A stretch of DNA of 64,000 nucleotides from Acidobacteriota bacterium (GCA_046732775.1 JBKPNP010000132.1:738-64737); one strand, 5' to 3'; positions 38,101 to 48,424 are shown, counted from the stretch's first letter. Notes: generated from the letters alone by a model not told the origin. Numbers and translations: made by a program.

Positions 38101-39468
38101 ATGAAACGACGGTACCTGATACTCGGAGCGCTGATGGCGCCCCTCGCATTGGGCGCGCAATCAAGCAGCATCGGAGTAGCGAGCAAAAAGCTGGCGAATG
38201 GACTGGAGGTTCTCGTGATCGAGAATCACGCAGTACCGCTGGTAACAGTCGAGCTCGATGTGAAGAACGGCGCGTACACCGAAGGTCCTGAATTTTCGGG
38301 ACTCTCGCACTTGTACGAGCACATGTTCTTCAAGGCGAACAAAACAATTCCATCGCAGGAAGCGTATCTGCGTCGACTCAACCAGCTCGGCGCACAATGG
38401 AACGGCACTACCAGCGAAGAGCGGGTGAATTATTACATCACGCTCGGCGTAGACAGCCTCACGTCGGGACTTCAGTTCATGGAAGACGCGATCCGCTATC
38501 CGCTGTTCAATCAGGATGAGCTCGTTCGCGAGCGTCCCGTAGTTCTTGGAGAGTTCGACAGGAACGAAGCGAATCCTTTCTTCCACCTCACCCGAGGCGC
38601 GGACACGATTCTCTGGTCGCCTGGATTCTACACGCGAAAGACAGCGATCGGTGTGCGAAGTGTGATCACATCCGCAACGCGCGAGAAGATGAACACCATC
38701 AAGGACAAGTTCTACGTCCCGAACAACAGCGCGCTGATTCTCTCCGGTGACATAACGCCTGAGCGCGGATTCCGCCTTGCGGAGCAGATCTTCGGAGACT
38801 GGCCGCGCGGAGGGAATCCCTTCGTGACGCCCGCTCCAAATCCACCGCCTCTCACAAAGAGCTCGAGTGTGATAGTGGAACAGCCCGTGAACGGAGCTGC
38901 ACTCTATATAGTATGGCAGGGTCCCAGCGTTACAGCGGATCCAGCAGCTACATACGCAGCTGATGTGCTGAGTACCGTGCTGGCGAATCCGTCCAGCAAA
39001 TTCCAGAAGCGACTGGTGGACAGCGGGCTGACCTTTGGCGTTGGACTCAGCTACTACACGCAGGCGCACGTTGGACCTATCAACGTTTTCGCACAGGCTG
39101 CTCCCGATAAGGTCCTGGAAGCGCGCAAGGCAATCTTTGAAGAGATCGCAAAGCTCGGCGATCCGAATTACATCACCGACAAGGAGCTGAGCGCAGCGCA
39201 GACACAGCTTGGCATTCAGGCACTTTATCAGCGAGAGCAGGCTTCGGAATACGCTCACACAGTCGGGTTCTGGTGGGCAGTTACCGGACTCGACTATTAC
39301 AAGAATTATGTAACCAACATGCAGAAGGTGACTCGCGCGGATCTCGTAGCGTATGCGCGCAAATACATCATCGGCAAGCCACATGTGACTGCACTGCTCC
39401 TGAGTCCGGCCGATCGTGCAAAACTTGGAGTTACTCCGGCACAGCTGATGGACGGAGGCGCACAATGA
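38101..39468 (+). CDS. M16 (pitrilysin) family zinc peptidase, active-site-bearing subunit
   Basis: A signal peptide and the inverted zinc motif HxxEH (HLYEH) are present. ATG 38101 is preferred over the track start at 37972. Confidence 0.85.
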   Translation: MKRRYLILGALMAPLALGAQSSSIGVASKKLANGLEVLVIENHAVPLVTVELDVKNGAYTEGPEFSGLSHLYEHMFFKANKTIPSQEAYLRRLNQLGAQWNGTTSEERVNYYITLGVDSLTSGLQFMEDAIRYPLFNQDELVRERPVVLGEFDRNEANPFFHLTRGADTILWSPGFYTRKTAIGVRSVITSATREKMNTIKDKFYVPNNSALILSGDITPERGFRLAEQIFGDWPRGGNPFVTPAPNPPPLTKSSSVIVEQPVNGAALYIVWQGPSVTADPAATYAADVLSTVLANPSSKFQKRLVDSGLTFGVGLSYYTQAHVGPINVFAQAAPDKVLEARKAIFEEIAKLGDPNYITDKELSAAQTQLGIQALYQREQASEYAHTVGFWWAVTGLDYYKNYVTNMQKVTRADLVAYARKYIIGKPHVTALLLSPADRAKLGVTPAQLMDGGAQ

Positions 39469-40760
39469 AAAAGATTTCCGGAGTCGTGCTTTCCGCTGCC
39501 CTGGTTTTCGCGGCACCGGCAGCACATGCGCAAATCACGAAGTTCGATGTCGCTGGTATACCTGTAATTCTCAAGCCGATCACAGCGAACGACGTCGTTG
39601 CAGTTCGACTTTACATCAAAGGCGGTGCAGCGAGCCTCACCCCGGCCAATGCGGGCGTGGAAGCAATGATGCTCGCCGCATCGACACAGGGAACCGCGAA
39701 GTACAACAAGGATCAGTTCACTGGCCTGTCGACCGAAACCGGAACCAACATCGGCTCACAGGCGACGATGGATTATTCGGTGCTGACAATGCAGGGCGTG
39801 CGACAGAACTGGGACAAAGCCTGGGACCTGTTCACTGAAGCTGCATTGCATCCGACTTTCCCGGCTTCAGAAGTTCAAATCGTCCAGGGGCAGATGATCG
39901 ATGCGGCAAAGCGTCGCGCAGATGATCCTGACGAATATCTGACTTATCTCGCCGACAGCCTCTTCTACATGGGGCATCCCTACGCTGTCGTTCCGGCGGG
40001 AACTGAGGCTTCACTCGCATCGATCAATCGTGACGCTCTTGCCGCGTGGCACAAACAGCGGATGACAAAGGAAAATCTGCTGATCGTAGTTGTCGGCAAT
40101 GTTTCACGCGCAGATCTGACGAGCAAAATCCAGTCGGCATTTGGATCACTCCCCGCAACGGGAGGAAAAGCTGTTCCGGTCAAAGCAGTGACATCTGTTA
40201 CGCCGGACCTTGTGGTGGTCGAGCGATCATTGCCGACGAACTATATCACCGGGTACTACACAGCTCCATCGCTAACCGATCCTGATTATGTCGCGTTCCG
40301 TGCCGCGACTGATCTTCTGCAGGACAGACTGTTCGAGGAAGTGCGCACAAAGCGCAATATGACTTACGCAGTTGCAGCAGGACTCGAGACCCGTGCAGCA
40401 AATCGAGGCCGGGTGTATGTCACTGCTGTGGATCCTGACACGACTGTGAAAGTCATCTACTCAACAGTGAAGCAGCTGCAAACCGGCCCTCTCACTGCGG
40501 AAACCGTCGCTGAGACTGTCAATGCATCGCTGACAGCGTATCTGATGGGACAGGAAACGAACATGGGGCAGGCGGCAGCGCTTGGGCTGTGGGAAGTCGC
40601 CGGCGGTGGCTGGCAGAATTACGAGAAGTTCATCTCCAGCTACAAGCGCGTATCGCCGGCGGACATTCAACGTGTTGCGAAGAAGTACATGCAGCACGGA
40701 CGGTTTGTCGTGATCGGTGATCCGAAAAAGGTGACGCGGAACGTAATCCTTACGTTCTAG
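39465..40760 (+). CDS. M16 family peptidase-like protein lacking HxxEH (non-catalytic partner)
   Basis: Signal peptide MKKISGVVLSAALVFAAPAAHA and an M16 fold-like sequence without HxxEH. The ATG overlaps the upstream stop (ATGA). Confidence 0.78.
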   Translation: MKKISGVVLSAALVFAAPAAHAQITKFDVAGIPVILKPITANDVVAVRLYIKGGAASLTPANAGVEAMMLAASTQGTAKYNKDQFTGLSTETGTNIGSQATMDYSVLTMQGVRQNWDKAWDLFTEAALHPTFPASEVQIVQGQMIDAAKRRADDPDEYLTYLADSLFYMGHPYAVVPAGTEASLASINRDALAAWHKQRMTKENLLIVVVGNVSRADLTSKIQSAFGSLPATGGKAVPVKAVTSVTPDLVVVERSLPTNYITGYYTAPSLTDPDYVAFRAATDLLQDRLFEEVRTKRNMTYAVAAGLETRAANRGRVYVTAVDPDTTVKVIYSTVKQLQTGPLTAETVAETVNASLTAYLMGQETNMGQAAALGLWEVAGGGWQNYEKFISSYKRVSPADIQRVAKKYMQHGRFVVIGDPKKVTRNVILTF

Positions 40761-43252
40761 CGATCAGGGTCGAGGATGCGCCTGATCTCCTCACGTGAAT
40801 CGAGGAGATGCAGGCGCGTCGTTCGATCAGCAGCTCGGCCAAGAGCCGATTGAATCGACGAATCGAGAGAAAGAAGCTCCCCGCGCATCAAAGCTCTCAC
40901 GTCGTTGTTAGGTCCAAAGCTGCTGCGCGCGCGTGCTCGCGATGGTCCGGATGAGATTATCACAGCCGGAGACTGATTGAGCTTCGCATCAGCCTGCGCT
41001 AGATAGGAGCGTTGAAGAAATCGCCTGAAGGGGTCGATTGCGACCCGACCATCTGACAGCTCGGACCACACCGAGTGCCTCACATCACCGAGCATTTCGC
41101 CGAGCGGGTAGACAGACGTTTTTCGTCGTGCGAGTGCTTCGTATTCAGCGAGCCGATCGAGGCGATCTGCGTCGAGCAGTGCATTTAGAATGCGCGACTG
41201 CGCGGAACCAACTCGCCGAAGAGCACCATTGGCCTCGATTCGCCGCAGCACATCAGCTCTGAGGAGATAACGAGGAGTTTCAAATGCATTCGCAGAAAGA
41301 AATTTCACTGCCTGTCGCTGACGCTGCGGTGCAACCGGCGTGAATCGCGGTCCCGGCTGGCTTCCGTACTTCTCCCGCGATTCAGAGCCACCGACAAGAT
41401 TCACGACATGCTCCATTTCTGTCGCCCATTGCTCGACAACCTTGTCGTAAAGCTCAAGCAAATCGGAATTGTCCTCCCCGCGACGAATCGCAGCAGGCAT
41501 CAACAAGTCCATCGTTCTGCGGATATTTCGAACACCAAGCATTGTGGACTTAACCGGGTCAGCATCACCGACTGCTTCGCTCTCGTCGCCGGGATCTGTT
41601 TCACGTTGTCCGGGAGTGGAGAATCGGTACCATGGCACGGTGTCCTGCAGCTGCGCCCAACTGTCGAGCGTGGGTCTCTCGTCATCCGGAGTGCGAGCTC
41701 CACGAATTGGAGCGTAACCCCATTTCGTTGCGAAAAGATCGTACGGTCCAATTCGCGGAACGAGAAGCTCAGGTGGAATGTGGTCTTCCGGCTGCGCGAC
41801 GTAATTGAAGCGCGCATAATCCATCAGCGTCGGCGTGTGTCCCATCTTCACGAGCCACGATGTACTGCGAACGCTGTCTGCCGGATACGTCGAGCTAGCC
41901 TTGAAGTTGTGCTGAAAGCCGAGTGAATGTCCGATCTCGTGGGCGACGATGTACTCGACGAGTCGCCCCATCAGCGAATCAGGAAAAGGCAGATGCTGTG
42001 CTCGCGGATCGAGCGGTGACGCCTGAGTGAAATACCAGTCACGAATGAGGTTCAGGACATTGTGATGGATCCTGATGGAGCCGTTCAGTATCTCGCCGCT
42101 GCGCGGATCATGAATATGCGGACCATCAGCGTTCTCGATCGTGGAGGGCAACCAGCGAACCATGGTGTGCCTGACGTCGTCTGGCGACCAGTCCGGATCT
42201 TCAACGAACGATGGTGGGTCGCGCGCAATTATCGCATCGCGAAAGCCGGCCGCCTCGAATGCCGCCTGCCAGTCCTCGATTCCTTTCCTGATCCACGGAA
42301 CCCATTGTGATGGAGTCGCCGGATCTACGTAATACACAATCGGTTTGACTGGTGAAGATATTGCTGAATCAGGAAACTTCTTTTCCAGTTTCCACCGTGT
42401 GATATAGGCGCGGGTGACAGAACGGTGCTGCTGTGTTCCAAAATCAGTTTGTCGGACCTCGAAGAATCCAACACGCCGGTCTGCGAGCCTGGGCATCATT
42501 GGCTGCGACGAAAGGCGGATCATGCTCCAGTGCGCGAGAATGCTTTGCGCCGGTGTCGGCGCGCCCAAGGTGCGTTGAGAGTCTGGAGGATTTTCGGGCG
42601 TGAAGGTCTGCGTCGCTTCGATCTCTACGTTTTCGGGAAACGAGTTGACACGCTCGATGAATGATCGCTTGTCGTCGAACGACCCACGTGCTCCAGTGAA
42701 TTCGGGAACGTTCGTCGTGTAGAGTGATGTAACATCGATTACAACGGAGCTGTCAGGTCCGTATGCTTCGACCTTGAACACTGCGACAACAGGTGGATAC
42801 ATGGCCTGTGATACTGCGTGATAGACTGGAAGTGTCGAGTCTGCAGTCAGCTCGAAAGTGATGCTCCGGAGAAGCACGCGATGGCCTTCGATCTCCCAGC
42901 GCAGAACACGCTCCGTGAATTCATCTCCGCCAAAGGAATTACCTCCCGACGCTCGAGCGAACCTTCCAACCAGAAGCATGTCGCGATTGAATTCGCGCCG
43001 CGGAATCTCGAACAGCAGTGTGTCTGCAAGGCGGTGCGTCGTGAATAATCCGACTTTTGTCTGCGCGGCCTTCGTTACGACCTTGTCGTAAGGCTTGATA
43101 CCTGCTTCGGAATCAGCTTTGGCTATGCTGTCAGCACGAAGCTGCTCCGCAGTTTTCTTCGGCGCGGGTGGAGGCGGATTCCTGATGATAAAGCACGCCT
43201 GCGTACCGAGCAGCAGTGCGCAGGCGATGAGAAAACTGCGAGAATCTCTCAG
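40757..43252 (-). CDS. Zinc-dependent metalloprotease (HExxH, DUF5117/5118-like), apparent CTG start
   Basis: HEIGHSLGFQHNF is present. The conserved N-terminal sequence, including a signal peptide (RDSRSFLIACALLLGTQAC), continues upstream of the first ATG (42979). There is no ATG/GTG/TTG before the in-frame stop at 43286-43288. CTG candidates are at 43252 and 43264. Confidence 0.75.
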   Translation of the reverse strand: MRDSRSFLIACALLLGTQACFIIRNPPPPAPKKTAEQLRADSIAKADSEAGIKPYDKVVTKAAQTKVGLFTTHRLADTLLFEIPRREFNRDMLLVGRFARASGGNSFGGDEFTERVLRWEIEGHRVLLRSITFELTADSTLPVYHAVSQAMYPPVVAVFKVEAYGPDSSVVIDVTSLYTTNVPEFTGARGSFDDKRSFIERVNSFPENVEIEATQTFTPENPPDSQRTLGAPTPAQSILAHWSMIRLSSQPMMPRLADRRVGFFEVRQTDFGTQQHRSVTRAYITRWKLEKKFPDSAISSPVKPIVYYVDPATPSQWVPWIRKGIEDWQAAFEAAGFRDAIIARDPPSFVEDPDWSPDDVRHTMVRWLPSTIENADGPHIHDPRSGEILNGSIRIHHNVLNLIRDWYFTQASPLDPRAQHLPFPDSLMGRLVEYIVAHEIGHSLGFQHNFKASSTYPADSVRSTSWLVKMGHTPTLMDYARFNYVAQPEDHIPPELLVPRIGPYDLFATKWGYAPIRGARTPDDERPTLDSWAQLQDTVPWYRFSTPGQRETDPGDESEAVGDADPVKSTMLGVRNIRRTMDLLMPAAIRRGEDNSDLLELYDKVVEQWATEMEHVVNLVGGSESREKYGSQPGPRFTPVAPQRQRQAVKFLSANAFETPRYLLRADVLRRIEANGALRRVGSAQSRILNALLDADRLDRLAEYEALARRKTSVYPLGEMLGDVRHSVWSELSDGRVAIDPFRRFLQRSYLAQADAKLNQSPAVIISSGPSRARARSSFGPNNDVRALMRGELLSLDSSIQSALGRAADRTTRLHLLDSREEIRRILDPDR

Positions 43253-43266
43253 ATAAACGCTCAGAT

Positions 43267-44187
43267 TTATGACGGAGAAGGGTTCTCATTGTCGTTGAGC
43301 ATGCTGACTGCCATGCCCATCGAGTGATACCCCTTGTCCACATAAAGAGTCGTTCCGGTGATTCCACTTGCGAGCGGACTGCAAAGGAATGCAGCAGCAA
43401 GTCCTACTTCCTCAGCGGTAAGAGGATCCGACAGCGGCGCGTTTTTCGCGCAGTAATCCACCATTCGCTCGATGATGCCGATTGCACTTGCAGCGCGTGA
43501 AGCATACGGGCCAGCCGAGATGACGTTCACTCGAACTCCGTATTTTTGACCGGCTTCATACGCAAGTGTCCGCGTGTCACTCTCGAGAGCAGCCTTTGCT
43601 GAGGACATCCCACCGCCATAGCCAGGTATGACTTTCTCGCTTGCCATGTACGTCAGCGATACGAACGATCCGCCAGGCCGCATGATGGGAGCGAGGCGGC
43701 TTACCATAGATACGAGTGAATAGGCACTCACGCCGATCGCAGCGAGGTATCCATTGCGGCTTGTTTCGAGCAGCGGCTTTTTCACCTCAGGACCGTTGGC
43801 GAGCGAGTGCACCACAATGTCGAGCCCTTTATCGCCAAAATCGGACGTGATTCTTGCTACGAGTCCGTCGATGGAGAAATCGCCGGTATCCTTGTAGCGC
43901 TTGTTCGTCTTCAGATCCTCGGGGGCATCAGCGAGCGTATCGAACGCCGCATCCAGAGGATAAATGCGCTCGAACTGAAGGAGCTCACCGTTGGAAAGCC
44001 GGCGAGACTCGTCCATTTTTCCGCGCTCGAGAAGATTATTGAAGATGTTTAGCGCGGGCGGCCAGGTTCCTACTGAAACAGATGCACCTGCTTCAGCCAG
44101 AGCCTTGGCGATAGCGAAGCCAAAACCGCCATCATCGGCGACGCCGGCAACAAGCGCTCGCTTCCCGGAAAGGTCAATATTGAGCAT
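43267..44187 (-). CDS. fabI: Enoyl-[acyl-carrier-protein] reductase (NADH)
   Basis: [29 protein letters not shown] Rossmann N-terminus; [24 protein letters not shown] (Tyr/Lys catalytic region). ATG 44187 is preferred. Confidence 0.9.
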   Translation of the reverse strand: MLNIDLSGKRALVAGVADDGGFGFAIAKALAEAGASVSVGTWPPALNIFNNLLERGKMDESRRLSNGELLQFERIYPLDAAFDTLADAPEDLKTNKRYKDTGDFSIDGLVARITSDFGDKGLDIVVHSLANGPEVKKPLLETSRNGYLAAIGVSAYSLVSMVSRLAPIMRPGGSFVSLTYMASEKVIPGYGGGMSSAKAALESDTRTLAYEAGQKYGVRVNVISAGPYASRAASAIGIIERMVDYCAKNAPLSDPLTAEEVGLAAAFLCSPLASGITGTTLYVDKGYHSMGMAVSMLNDNENPSPS

Positions 44188-44217
44188 GGGGAAAAAATAT
44201 AAGGTGCAGAACAACTA

Positions 44218-44763
44218 GTGCAGCAGAACGGCATCTTCATTATTGCAGAGATTGGCGGAGAGGCAGGACGACAGATCCGCGAGATCAACGAGCGATATGA
44301 TCCCCGCCTCGCAAGATACAAGGCGCCGCATGTCACAATCACCGGATCATCGGGCGTTGGCCCAATTCCGCCACACGTGACAAAAAGCGAGCTGTGGGAC
44401 AAGCTTGCTCCAGTCACCTCGAGCACTGATGTGATGAACCTGCGATTTCACGCACCGATGCGGTTCATGCAGAGCGACATAATCGTCCTTCCGCTCGATC
44501 CTCACGGTCCGCTCAGAGTTTTTCACGATCGCATCGCGACTTCGGGACTGCCATTTCTTCCAGCGCGATTCACTTTCAGCCCGCACTGCACGCTGAGTCT
44601 CTATCCCACCCTCACTCGCGATACCGAGCGAGAATTGATGTCTGTGAGAATTACCGACGACGTTAAGATCGACCGGATTACGGTGTATCAAACGCTCGAT
44701 CCACAGCCCTCGAAGAAGCTTCTCGATCTTCCGCTCGGTGAACAAATCGTCCACAGCGATTAA
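44218..44763 (+). CDS. 2H phosphoesterase superfamily protein (LigT / 2'-5' RNA ligase-like)
   Basis: Two HxT/S motifs are present at the expected spacing: HVTITG and HCTLSLY. 181 aa. Confidence 0.7.
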   Translation: MQQNGIFIIAEIGGEAGRQIREINERYDPRLARYKAPHVTITGSSGVGPIPPHVTKSELWDKLAPVTSSTDVMNLRFHAPMRFMQSDIIVLPLDPHGPLRVFHDRIATSGLPFLPARFTFSPHCTLSLYPTLTRDTERELMSVRITDDVKIDRITVYQTLDPQPSKKLLDLPLGEQIVHSD

Positions 44764-44772
44764 TTTCCGCTC

Positions 44773-45837
44773 ATGCGAATCTCACTTGCGACAGCCGCTG
44801 CTCTCCTCACTTCGGCATGCATGGTTGGCGGCTCATCGCAGACGAGCTCCTCTCCATCAACAGCATTGTCCGTGGTGCCGAAAGGCGGGGAAACTCATTT
44901 CCACACGCTGAAACAGATCACATTCGGCGGCGAGAACGCTGAAGCCTATTTCAGTCATGATGGCAAATGGCTCACACTGCAGAGCACACGTGAAGGACGA
45001 ACGTGTGATCAGCAGTACGTGATGCGAGTCGACGGAAGCAACGCCAGGCGAATCTCGGACGGACGAGGAAAGACAACCTGTGGATGGTTCTTTCCAGGTG
45101 ATGAGCGACTTTTCTTTGCGTCATCGTCAGCCCACGACTCAGCATGTCCTCCACGCCCCGATCCCTCGAAGGGATATGTATGGCCGCTGGATCGATACGA
45201 CATCTATACGATCAATCGTGACGGGACGAACCTGAAACGCCTGACGCACTACGATGTGTATACCGCCGAGGGAGTGCTCTCGCCCGACGGATCCCGAATT
45301 GTTTTCACGTCACTCAAGGACGGCGATCTCGACATCTATACGATGAACGCTGATGGATCTGATGTCCGCCGTCTCACCAATACTCCGGGATATGATGGCG
45401 GAGCATGGTGGTCACCGGATGGAAAGCAAATCGTCTACCGAGCCAACCACCCAACCGATTCAACAGAGCTCAAGGCATATCGCGACCTTCTTGGACAGCG
45501 ACTCGTTCGGCCGAGCAAGGTCGAGCTCTTTCTAATGAATGCCGACGGATCGAATCAGCGACAGATCACCCACCTTGGTGGGGCGAACTTCGGCCCGTCG
45601 TGGACACCCGACGGAAAAAAGATCATCTTCTCATCGAATTACAAGAATCCGCGCAGCGGCAACTTCGATCTGTACCTGATCGATCCGGATGGAAGCAATC
45701 TCGAGCAGCTGACGTTCGATGAATCGTTCGACGGATTCCCTATGTTCAGTCCCGATGGAAAGAAGCTGGTGTGGGCGTCGAACAGGAACGACAAGAACCC
45801 CGGCGAAACGAATCTCTTTATCGCCGAGTGGAAGTGA
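44773..45837 (+). CDS. Periplasmic PD40/TolB-like beta-propeller repeat protein
   Basis: A signal peptide is present. PD40 motifs repeat: SPDGSRIVFTS, DIYTMNADGSDVRRLT, WSPDGKQIVY, FSPDGKKLVWASNR. Confidence 0.82.
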   Translation: MRISLATAAALLTSACMVGGSSQTSSSPSTALSVVPKGGETHFHTLKQITFGGENAEAYFSHDGKWLTLQSTREGRTCDQQYVMRVDGSNARRISDGRGKTTCGWFFPGDERLFFASSSAHDSACPPRPDPSKGYVWPLDRYDIYTINRDGTNLKRLTHYDVYTAEGVLSPDGSRIVFTSLKDGDLDIYTMNADGSDVRRLTNTPGYDGGAWWSPDGKQIVYRANHPTDSTELKAYRDLLGQRLVRPSKVELFLMNADGSNQRQITHLGGANFGPSWTPDGKKIIFSSNYKNPRSGNFDLYLIDPDGSNLEQLTFDESFDGFPMFSPDGKKLVWASNRNDKNPGETNLFIAEWK

Positions 45838-48420
45838 TCAGAAGCTGAGCCGAAGTCCTGCGCTCAGGGTGCGGCCGGGCAATACCGTGACGTTGTCCGG
45901 CTCACCGCGCTGCTCATCGAGAAGATTCTCGCCGTCGAGCGTAAATGCAATTCCCCTCGAGAGTGTCAGACCAAGGCGGCCGCCAACGCGCGTCACGCCA
46001 TCGTATTTCATCCAGTAGGACCTGAGCTCCGGACCGACGAACTGGTTGACATCGCTCTTCTCGTTCGCAAACGCATTCAGGAGTGCAAGGCGGTTGTAGT
46101 TGACCCAGTCCGACGCGCGCGACACACGCCACGACATCGACAAGCGACCGCTATTGTAGGCCGCGTTCACCCCAAGAGTTCTTGCTGGAACCTCGAGCAT
46201 GCGATCACCGGGTTGAAGATCGCCGGTGTAACGTGACGCCAGCTTGCGCACGCGACTGTCGACTTGTGAGAAGGTTCCTCCGAGTGACCACGGGCCCTGA
46301 GTCAATACGCCGGCGAACTCCCATCCACGATTCGCGATCTCACCGACATTCTGAAGCTCGTATGCAATGCGGCGATAGTGAGGAAGACTGTCATTCGCCA
46401 CAGTGGAGTAAACGCTGACCGGCTGAATCAAGCCCGATGCGCGCTGATCAAACCGAGTTGCATGAAGTGATGCAAACCTTCCAATGAACAGATCGGCGCC
46501 TGCCTCGATACCGGACTGTTCCTCAGGCTCGAGATTGCCAGTCAGTCCCATCAACATGCCTGCGCGACTCGATGTCTGCGGAGGACGAATTCCTTTGCCG
46601 TAGGCAGCGCGAAGTTTGAGAGTGCTGATTCCAAAAGCGCGCACAGCTGAAGCGCCAAGCATAGGCAGCGTTGCGATTTCGCCTACACCAGACAGACCGG
46701 TGTTGCGTTCGACTCGTAATCCGCCGCTCAGATAAAACGCTTCGTTAAAGCTCGCACTCACCTGGCCAATGATTCCGGCGTTGCTCCTTGTTTCGACGAT
46801 CTCACGTCGTGGAGGCCCGCCAGACGGATCGAATTCGGCGAAAGGATTTCTCGTTACCGTCTCGTCGCGCACATATGAATGCTCTGCACCGATTGTAACT
46901 GTCGCAGCGGTTCGTTCAGGATTTCCGAACTGGCCGACGCTGCTGGCACGAATCGTAGTGCGCATCGCGTTTCCTGTAGCTGCGCGCAATGCGGAATCGA
47001 GTGCGGAAGGGAAGGCGCCATCGAGAATCGAGGCGCTCCGCAGTCTGTATCCGTCAATGCCAACAACTGCATTGTGCGTCCAGCGGTCGCTGTGAGAGTA
47101 GACTCCATTCGCACCGATCGTGAACTGGCGCACCGATTGCCGGTCGCTGGAATCAAGGACTACCAGTCGCGACAGGGAATCCAGTCGATGACGCGTGAGC
47201 GAATCACCTTGCTGTTCCAGCCCCGGAGAAAAAACATTTCGTCGAATGAGATCCGCCTGCCGGTACGCGTCGGGCGACCATAGATCGAGCCCCGCCAGCA
47301 CAGGACTCGCAGGCGTTCGCGCGTCCTGTGCGAAGAATCGGAATGTTCCGTTCACAACTCCGCGCGGACGAACGAAACGAACACCACCACTTGCGGTGAG
47401 CTGCTGGCTCGATGCACCGGGGATGAAAGCACCAAGAGTGGTGAGTGTCATGCCGAGTCGCGCTGACTTGGCGTTGGTACCGGTGCGGAGAGAGAGTGCG
47501 TGACTCTGCGAGAATACATTGTTCGAGTAATCACTCGCCGTCGTGCCACCCTCGGTGCGAATCGACGCCCTTGGCGCACCACCTTCGTTTCCTTCCTGGC
47601 GGGTGATGATGTTCATCACGCCGCTGATTGCATCTGCTCCGTAGAGTGCGGCTCCCTGTGGTCCGCGTATCACTTCGATGCGCGACACTGATTCAGGATC
47701 GAGATGAGTGACGAGCAGGGAGTTCGCGACCTCGATTCCGTCGACGTAGACCTTTGGATAGCTCACGCCGAATGAGCTTGCTCCGCGAATGCTTCCATAG
47801 CGCGCAAGAAGGCTGAGTGGCGACTGCTCCCACAGCCAGAGGCCGGGAACTACTCCATCGAGCGCGCCGGAGAGTGAGCTGACGGCACGTTCCGCGATCT
47901 GCTGACCCTGAACAACATCGAGTGCTATCGGCAGCGAACGCTGTGGCGCTCCGATGGTACTTCCGGTTACAACAACGCGGTCCAGCTGTCCGACAGATTT
48001 GAGGATTGTCACCGGCTCCTGGGCTGCTGCCTGTACAGGTGCAGGAGTGAGCACGATCTGATCGCTGCCAAGTACGACTGGACGAACAGCTGCGCCAGAC
48101 AGGAGGTCTGCGAGCACTGCACTCACAGGTGCTGATTCATACTCGAGACAGACGGGACGCGAGAGCTCGAGAAGCTCAGCAGAATAGGATATACGAATGT
48201 GCGCAGCTGCAGCGAGTCGATCGAGTGCATCACGGAGAGCAACGTCGCGACCATGCAGTGAAACGAGCCGCGTCAGGATGTTGTCCGTAATGGAAACACC
48301 AGCGATAGAAGCGCGACCGGCCGGTGCACAACTAGCTTGTGCGCCGGCCAAATGGGGTGTAGCCAGAGACGATATCGCCACCACTCCTGCAGTGACAGCG
48401 AGCCTCAGAATTGGTCGCAT
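45838..48420 (-). CDS. TonB-dependent receptor with N-terminal STN signalling domain (FecA-like transducer)
   Basis: A signal peptide is present. The STN-like segment is DVALRDALDRLAAAAHIRISYSAELL, followed by plug and barrel regions. The C-terminus ends ...AGLRLSF. The start at 48420 lies 4 nt after the FecR stop. Confidence 0.85.
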   Translation of the reverse strand: MRPILRLAVTAGVVAISSLATPHLAGAQASCAPAGRASIAGVSITDNILTRLVSLHGRDVALRDALDRLAAAAHIRISYSAELLELSRPVCLEYESAPVSAVLADLLSGAAVRPVVLGSDQIVLTPAPVQAAAQEPVTILKSVGQLDRVVVTGSTIGAPQRSLPIALDVVQGQQIAERAVSSLSGALDGVVPGLWLWEQSPLSLLARYGSIRGASSFGVSYPKVYVDGIEVANSLLVTHLDPESVSRIEVIRGPQGAALYGADAISGVMNIITRQEGNEGGAPRASIRTEGGTTASDYSNNVFSQSHALSLRTGTNAKSARLGMTLTTLGAFIPGASSQQLTASGGVRFVRPRGVVNGTFRFFAQDARTPASPVLAGLDLWSPDAYRQADLIRRNVFSPGLEQQGDSLTRHRLDSLSRLVVLDSSDRQSVRQFTIGANGVYSHSDRWTHNAVVGIDGYRLRSASILDGAFPSALDSALRAATGNAMRTTIRASSVGQFGNPERTAATVTIGAEHSYVRDETVTRNPFAEFDPSGGPPRREIVETRSNAGIIGQVSASFNEAFYLSGGLRVERNTGLSGVGEIATLPMLGASAVRAFGISTLKLRAAYGKGIRPPQTSSRAGMLMGLTGNLEPEEQSGIEAGADLFIGRFASLHATRFDQRASGLIQPVSVYSTVANDSLPHYRRIAYELQNVGEIANRGWEFAGVLTQGPWSLGGTFSQVDSRVRKLASRYTGDLQPGDRMLEVPARTLGVNAAYNSGRLSMSWRVSRASDWVNYNRLALLNAFANEKSDVNQFVGPELRSYWMKYDGVTRVGGRLGLTLSRGIAFTLDGENLLDEQRGEPDNVTVLPGRTLSAGLRLSF

Positions 48421-48424
48421 TACC

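Noticed and set aside
38161-39525. 454-aa uninterrupted ORF antisense to the M16 peptidase gene. Similar long antisense ORFs occur at 51440-52744, 1620-2342, 4160-4969, 23325-24095, 12776-13402, 34291-34908 and 8570-9178.
   Set aside because: These are shadow ORFs. The 38161 and 51440 ORFs are codon-aligned with the sense genes, so antisense stops would require the rare sense codons TTA, CTA or TCA. Their translations are Arg/Cys/Ser-rich with no motifs, whereas the sense-strand products have clear family signatures.
44188-44217. A very short (30 nt) divergent spacer between fabI and the 2H-phosphoesterase gene as a shared regulatory site.
   Set aside because: Both start codons are uncertain (fabI ATG 44187 versus 44214; the LigT-like GTG 44218 may be too far upstream). 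The apparent spacer length is therefore not reliable enough to interpret.
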